Source: Acidaminococcaceae bacterium (GTDB taxonomy: Bacteria > Bacillota > Negativicutes > Acidaminococcales > Acidaminococcaceae). Taken from it: 64,000 nt of DNA. Below the pieces are notes generated by a model. That model worked only from the letters and a program-made list of their open reading frames with translations, did no database searches and was not told where the DNA came from. Position numbers and translations under genes: made by a program. The DNA lies in the NCBI GenBank assembly GCA_017554485.1, contig JAFZIG010000041.1, forward strand, positions 7,128 through 71,127, read 5' to 3'. Of the stretch, positions 59,278-64,000 are shown piece after piece; the first letter of the stretch is position 1, and each line of letters starts with the position of its first letter.

Positions 59278-59357
59278 GAACGCAGACAGGCTTCCTGCCC
59301 CAGGCATTCAGATTTGAATTCAGACTCTTACAAATTAATCACAATATGCTCATGAAC

Positions 59358-59404
59358 AACGGCGCTGCAACTGTGAAGCACAGTCTGAAGCGCCGTTATC
59401 TTTT
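59358..59404 (+). terminator. terminator after the GW-tail gene
   Basis: AACGGCGCT...AGCGCCGTT stem with inner CTGTG/CACAG, followed by ATCTTTT. Confidence 0.65.
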
Positions 59405-59564
59405 ATGCATGTTTGCAGACGAACGAATCATGGATTCTACAATTCTTTTTTGCAAAATTCCACATAAAACCGAATTTCGTGATATAATATTTTTGATAAG
59501 GAGTTTTAATGAAACAAATTAACGGAAACTAAAATTTATACTGCTGCAGAGGAGGCAATGCAAC

Positions 59565-60077
59565 ATGGAAGAAAAGAAAATCTATACCGAAGAAGAAATC
59601 GAACAGCTGGCGGAACAGGCTTCCCAGAACGCCATGGAACATTTCAAGCACGGGCTGAACTGCGGTGAATGCGTACTACAGGGTTTCCTGGATTTAGGTA
59701 TCAGTGAATATCCTCCCGAAATCATTGCCCTGGTATCCGGCATGGGCGGCGGCATGGGTTTCACCAAACACACCTGCGGCGCGGTGAATGCCGGCATGGT
59801 AGTCATCGGCAGCAAACAGGGCCGTAAGAATCCCTACGCCAAAGAGACTTTCGCAGAACGGGTGGATGAACTTCATCACGAAGAGACCGGCATCTATCCC
59901 CGCCACGCCGTTTATGTAAAAGATGTCATCAAAGAATACGGCACCATCGAATGCCGGGACCTGTGCTTCCCCTTTGACGAATCCACCAAAGAAGGCATGA
60001 AAGAACGGGCCCGCAACTGCAAAAAGATCATCGGCTTCTGCGCCAAGGAAGCGACCAAAGCTGCACTGAAAAAATAA
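59565..60077 (+). CDS. C_GCAxxG_C_C family putative redox protein
   Basis: GLNCGEC, GMGGG, TCGAVNAG, IECRDL, NCKKII. Confidence 0.88.
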   Translation: MEEKKIYTEEEIEQLAEQASQNAMEHFKHGLNCGECVLQGFLDLGISEYPPEIIALVSGMGGGMGFTKHTCGAVNAGMVVIGSKQGRKNPYAKETFAERVDELHHEETGIYPRHAVYVKDVIKEYGTIECRDLCFPFDESTKEGMKERARNCKKIIGFCAKEATKAALKK

Positions 60078-60095
60078 TTAATCAGTGAACAGATG

Positions 60096-60127
60096 CCGGT
60101 ATCAGTTTTGTGCTGATACCGGTTTTT
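60096..60127 (+). terminator. terminator after the C_GCAxxG gene
   Basis: 10-bp perfect stem CCGGTATCAG/CTGATACCGG followed by TTTTT. Confidence 0.8.
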
Positions 60128-60208
60128 GCATAACCGTCATGAATGCATCAAATGAATCTGCATAAATCATATAAATCTGTATAAAGAGTTTTTGAATCGG
60201 AGGAATAT

Positions 60209-61906
60209 ATGGCAAAACGTATTTTAGTCGTCGGCGGCGTGGCCGGAGGCGCCTCTGCGGCAGCCCGGGCCCGGCGTCTGGATGAACACGCGGAGATCAT
60301 CATCTTTGAACGGGGACCCCACGTCTCCTTTTCCAACTGTGCCCTGCCCTACTTTCTCAGCCGCACCGTGGCAGACAGCGCAGACCTGGTGATGATGGAC
60401 CCGGCCCAGTTCAAAAAGAAATATAACATTGAAGTGAGGACAGAAAACGAAGTCACCGCCATTGACAGGGAAGCAAAAACGGTTGCTGTAAAAGATCTTG
60501 CAACCGGTAAAGAGTACAAAGAGACTTACGACGCCCTGATCCTCTCCCCCGGCGGCGAACCCATCCTGCCCGGAGCCATTGAAGGCATCCGCAATGAAAA
60601 TGTCTTTGGCATCCGCAACGTTGTAGACATTGCCAAACTGGATTCCTACATCCGCACCCATAAAGCGGAAGACATTGCCGTGGTGGGTGGCGGCTTCATC
60701 GGCTGCGAGATTGCGGAGAACCTGGTACACGCAGGGTATAAAGTTACATTGATCGAAGCCATGGACCAGGTCATGACCCCCTTTGATTACGATATGGCCC
60801 AGATCCTGCATAAAGAGATGCTGGACAAGGGTATCACCCTGGTACTGAAAGACGGCGTGAAAAAAATCGGCAGCAATGCCATCGAACTGGCCAGCGGCAA
60901 ACAGGTGAAAGCTGACGCTGTGGTCATGGCTGTAGGCATACGCCCGGAGACCACCCTGGCAAAGAATGCGGGGCTGGCAATCGGGGAAACGGGAGGCATC
61001 AAGGTAAACGCCAACTTCCAGACCAGCGACCCCGCTATCTATGCTGTGGGAGACGCCATCGAAGTATTCAACAGGCTCACCCGCAAGCCCATGCGGCTGG
61101 CCCTGGCCTGGCCTGCCCAGATGGAAGCCCGGGCCGCGGCAGATCATATCTACGGCATCCGCAACCGGCAGAAAGGCTTTATCGGCTCCTCTGTGATCCG
61201 CATTTTTGATCTGCTGGCTGCCAGCACCGGACTCAATGAAAAGGCGGCCAAAGCAGCAGGGATCCCTTATCAGATTGCTTATGTGATCCCTTCCGACAAG
61301 GTGAGCCTCATGCCGGATGCCCATCCTATCCACGTGAAAGTAATCTTTGAAACGCCTACCGGACGGCTGCTGGGGGCACAGGCCATCGGCAAAGGCGAAG
61401 CAGACCGCCGCATCGACGTGATCGCCGCCCTGATCTCCATGGACGGCACCCTGGAAGACCTGAAAAACATGGAATTATGCTACGCGCCGGTAGTGAGCAC
61501 CGCCAAAGATGCGGTCAACATGGCAGCCCTGGTAGGACTGAACCTGCTTCACGGCGTGTACCGCCAGGTTCCCCTGACACAGGTCCGGGAACTGGTGGAA
61601 AGCAACGCCTGCATCATCGACGTGCGGGAACCTGGGGAATACAGGAACGGCCATCTGCTAAACGCCGTCAATATCCCCCTGAGTCAGCTGCGTCAGCGTA
61701 TGGATGAGATCCCGAAAGACAGGCCTGTCTACCTTCACTGCCGTTCCAGCCAGCGCAGTTACAACGCCATCATGGCCCTGCAGCACTGCGGCTTTGACAA
61801 CTTATACAATATAGCAGGATCCTATCTTGCTATCTGCCTCTACGAATATCCTCAGAACGTCCTGTTCAACCGGGAGAAAATCGTAACGGCATATAATTTT
61901 AATTAA
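60209..61906 (+). CDS. CoA-disulfide reductase / NADH oxidase with C-terminal rhodanese domain
   Basis: GGVAGGAS, SFSNCALPY, VGGGFIG, YAVGDA, LCYAP; rhodanese DVRE..EY..GH, HCRSSQRS. Confidence 0.9.
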   Translation: MAKRILVVGGVAGGASAAARARRLDEHAEIIIFERGPHVSFSNCALPYFLSRTVADSADLVMMDPAQFKKKYNIEVRTENEVTAIDREAKTVAVKDLATGKEYKETYDALILSPGGEPILPGAIEGIRNENVFGIRNVVDIAKLDSYIRTHKAEDIAVVGGGFIGCEIAENLVHAGYKVTLIEAMDQVMTPFDYDMAQILHKEMLDKGITLVLKDGVKKIGSNAIELASGKQVKADAVVMAVGIRPETTLAKNAGLAIGETGGIKVNANFQTSDPAIYAVGDAIEVFNRLTRKPMRLALAWPAQMEARAAADHIYGIRNRQKGFIGSSVIRIFDLLAASTGLNEKAAKAAGIPYQIAYVIPSDKVSLMPDAHPIHVKVIFETPTGRLLGAQAIGKGEADRRIDVIAALISMDGTLEDLKNMELCYAPVVSTAKDAVNMAALVGLNLLHGVYRQVPLTQVRELVESNACIIDVREPGEYRNGHLLNAVNIPLSQLRQRMDEIPKDRPVYLHCRSSQRSYNAIMALQHCGFDNLYNIAGSYLAICLYEYPQNVLFNREKIVTAYNFN

Positions 61907-61924
61907 CGAGGGGAGATTTTAACC

Positions 61925-62725
61925 ATGTATAAAGCAATGACCATCGCCGGTTCGGATACCAGCGGCGGTGCCGGTATGGAGGCCGATTTAAAAACATTTC
62001 AGGAACTGGGCGTGTACGGCATGACCGCCCTCACCTGTATCGTAGCCCAGAATCCCAATGCGGACTGGGCCCACGAGATTTACCCCATTGAAACAAGCGT
62101 GATCGAAAAACAGATCACCACCATCCTGCAGGGAATCGGCTGCGACGCCATGAAGACCGGCATGCTGGGCAGCGCCGACCTGGTGGAACTGATAGCCGCC
62201 ACCATCGACAAATATAATTTAAAGAAAGTCGTCATCGACCCGGTCATGGTCTGCAAAGGCATCGACTCCATCATGGTGCCGGAAGCCGCCGCGGCCACCA
62301 AAGAGCTGCTGGTAAAACGGGCCCTGGTCATGACACCGAACCTGCTGGAAGCCGCCTACCTGGCGGACATGCAGCCGATTACCAAAGTTGAGGAGATGAA
62401 ACAGGCCGCTGCGGTCATCCATGATAAAGGCTGCCAGTATGTCATTATGAAAGCCGGCGACCGCCTGCCGGGAGATGACGCAGTGGAACTGATCTACGAC
62501 GGCAAGACTTTTACGGAAAAACGTCATCCGAAGATTCCCAACTCCTATAACCACGGGGCCGGCTGCACCTTCTCCGCCGCCGTCACCGCCTGCCTGGCCA
62601 AAGGCATGACCGTAACGGACGCTCTGAGTAAAGCCGAGGCCCTTATCGACGCAGCCCTGCGGGGTTCCTTCCGCATGAACCAATGGTCTGGCGCTTTGAA
62701 GCACTGCGCCTGGAGAGAAAAGTAA
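61925..62725 (+). CDS. pdxK: pyridoxal/pyridoxine kinase, ThiD-like PdxK
   Basis: AGSDTSGGAGMEADLKTF, DPVMVCKG (Cys typical of Firmicute PdxK), HGAGCTFSAA. Confidence 0.85.
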   Translation: MYKAMTIAGSDTSGGAGMEADLKTFQELGVYGMTALTCIVAQNPNADWAHEIYPIETSVIEKQITTILQGIGCDAMKTGMLGSADLVELIAATIDKYNLKKVVIDPVMVCKGIDSIMVPEAAAATKELLVKRALVMTPNLLEAAYLADMQPITKVEEMKQAAAVIHDKGCQYVIMKAGDRLPGDDAVELIYDGKTFTEKRHPKIPNSYNHGAGCTFSAAVTACLAKGMTVTDALSKAEALIDAALRGSFRMNQWSGALKHCAWREK

Positions 62726-62956
62726 AATAATTCTTTCTCCTTGCGCCGGCATGAATCAGGCAACCTGTGGCAGAAAAAGAGTAATTGAATAACAGGCACG
62801 CAACGTAAAACTCACAACATAAAATGCATAAAAACACGCAACGCTCTGTCAAAGAACGCTGCTTGTTTTTTTATATCATTATTCATTTAAAACTACTGAC
62901 GCCTGTATAGAGGGACGCAATTCTTTCATCATTTTTCAAAAACTGACAAAGCCGCT

Positions 62957-64000
62957 CTACCCCGTATAGTTTTCGTCAAAATATCTGTGAATGAAGAACG
63001 GCACCGTCAGGTTCATCATCAGCAGACGCACGATTTGGTACGTCAGGATAATGGACACGTCGGCCCCCATGCTCATGCCCGCCAGGCACATTTCCGTCAT
63101 ACCGCCGGGAGCCATGGCCAGGAACGCCGTCACAATGGGAATCCCGTAATAGCGGACCAGTATCTCCGCCACCACGATGCTCCCGCCGATGATCAGCAGT
63201 GTCCCGACGATGGCGTAAGGCAGCAGCACCCTTGTCCGGTACAGCCGTTCCTTGTCCAGCATGCATCCCATGTACAGGCCGATGTTCATCTGGGCCAGGT
63301 TCATAAGGATGGGCGGAGGCTTTTGCAGATTCACGTTACAGATAATGGAAAATGCCGCCGTGGCGATGATCGGACCAATTAAAGCCGGCGTAGGAACGTT
63401 CAGCTTTTTGGCAGCCACAAAGCCGAATCCGGCCACGGGGACCAGAATCAGCCAGGTAAGTCCCGTGTTGTCCCCCACAGGCACCAGCAGCCCCTGAGGA
63501 ACTACCGTGGCGCCCAGAAGATGTATCACCAGAAAGGGAACGGATATGACTACACCGAACAGGCGGATGGTCTGCTGCATGACCACCACATTGGCATCCA
63601 CCCGGGGATCTTCGTCCGCCAGCAGCATCATCTGGTTCAGCCCGCCGGGCAGCATGCCCATGATACAGCTCAGCAAATTGGCAAAGGTGTGTTTATACGT
63701 GAACCAGGCCACCAGCAGCGATATACCGATGGCCACAAAGGAAGCACCAAAGACGCCCACCACATGCTGGGACATCTGCACCAGCGTTTCATGGGTAAAG
63801 CTCCGGCCGATGCCGTAACCTGCGGCCAGCAGTCCCAGGTTACGCCATAATTGCGGCCAGCGCATTTCCGTCCAGACAAAGAATTTCAGCACAGAGGCGG
63901 AAATGATCCCACTGAGCATGAACGGGATGGGGATACGGAAATAAAACAACAGCAGTCCCAGCAAAAACGCCATTACCAAGGCTGTCAACCGTTTCTTCAT
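62957..64000 (-). CDS. AbrB-family duplicated membrane protein
   Basis: Two homologous halves (MLPGGLNQM / MAPGGMTEM; QQTIRL / YQIVRL); ATG at 64000. Confidence 0.85.
   Translation of the reverse strand: MKKRLTALVMAFLLGLLLFYFRIPIPFMLSGIISASVLKFFVWTEMRWPQLWRNLGLLAAGYGIGRSFTHETLVQMSQHVVGVFGASFVAIGISLLVAWFTYKHTFANLLSCIMGMLPGGLNQMMLLADEDPRVDANVVVMQQTIRLFGVVISVPFLVIHLLGATVVPQGLLVPVGDNTGLTWLILVPVAGFGFVAAKKLNVPTPALIGPIIATAAFSIICNVNLQKPPPILMNLAQMNIGLYMGCMLDKERLYRTRVLLPYAIVGTLLIIGGSIVVAEILVRYYGIPIVTAFLAMAPGGMTEMCLAGMSMGADVSIILTYQIVRLLMMNLTVPFFIHRYFDENYTG

Overview
Bacterial chromosome segment, mostly encoded on the minus strand. Gene content suggests an anaerobic Firmicute, probably Negativicutes/Acidaminococcaceae (inference). 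In order: (1) the rpsB-tsf-pyrH-frr-uppS-cdsA-dxr-rseP-ispG cluster, with a 58-aa 2[4Fe-4S] ferredoxin (missed by the ORF track) inserted between frr and uppS; (2) thrC, Gln-dependent nadE and a 3D-domain protein; (3) a long cell-envelope run (NlpC/P60, OmpR-family two-component pair, YqeG, nitrilase, degenerate VanX-like protein, YlbF, murB, two hypotheticals, fabK); (4) DUF2156, Eis-like GNAT and fused purL; (5) a cobamide nucleotide-loop module (pduO, cobU, two divergent cobT paralogues resembling the ArsA/ArsB heterodimer, cobS, cobC); (6) ndk, htpX and an SRPBCC + PatA-like aminotransferase pair; (7) miaB-mutS-mutL-SAM MTase-miaA-hfq-xerD; (8) a two-gene SufC/SufB-like (SMS-type) Fe-S system, and an IS5-family element with a nonsense-interrupted transposase inserted at a promoter; (9) uppP, a GGDEF/5'-nucleotidase/PPP-phosphatase trio, a secreted protein with a GW/PG-repeat tail, C_GCAxxG and CoA-disulfide reductase-rhodanese genes, pdxK and an AbrB-type membrane protein. 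No rRNA, tRNA or CRISPR array was recognised. All family assignments come from motif recognition by eye, not database searches.
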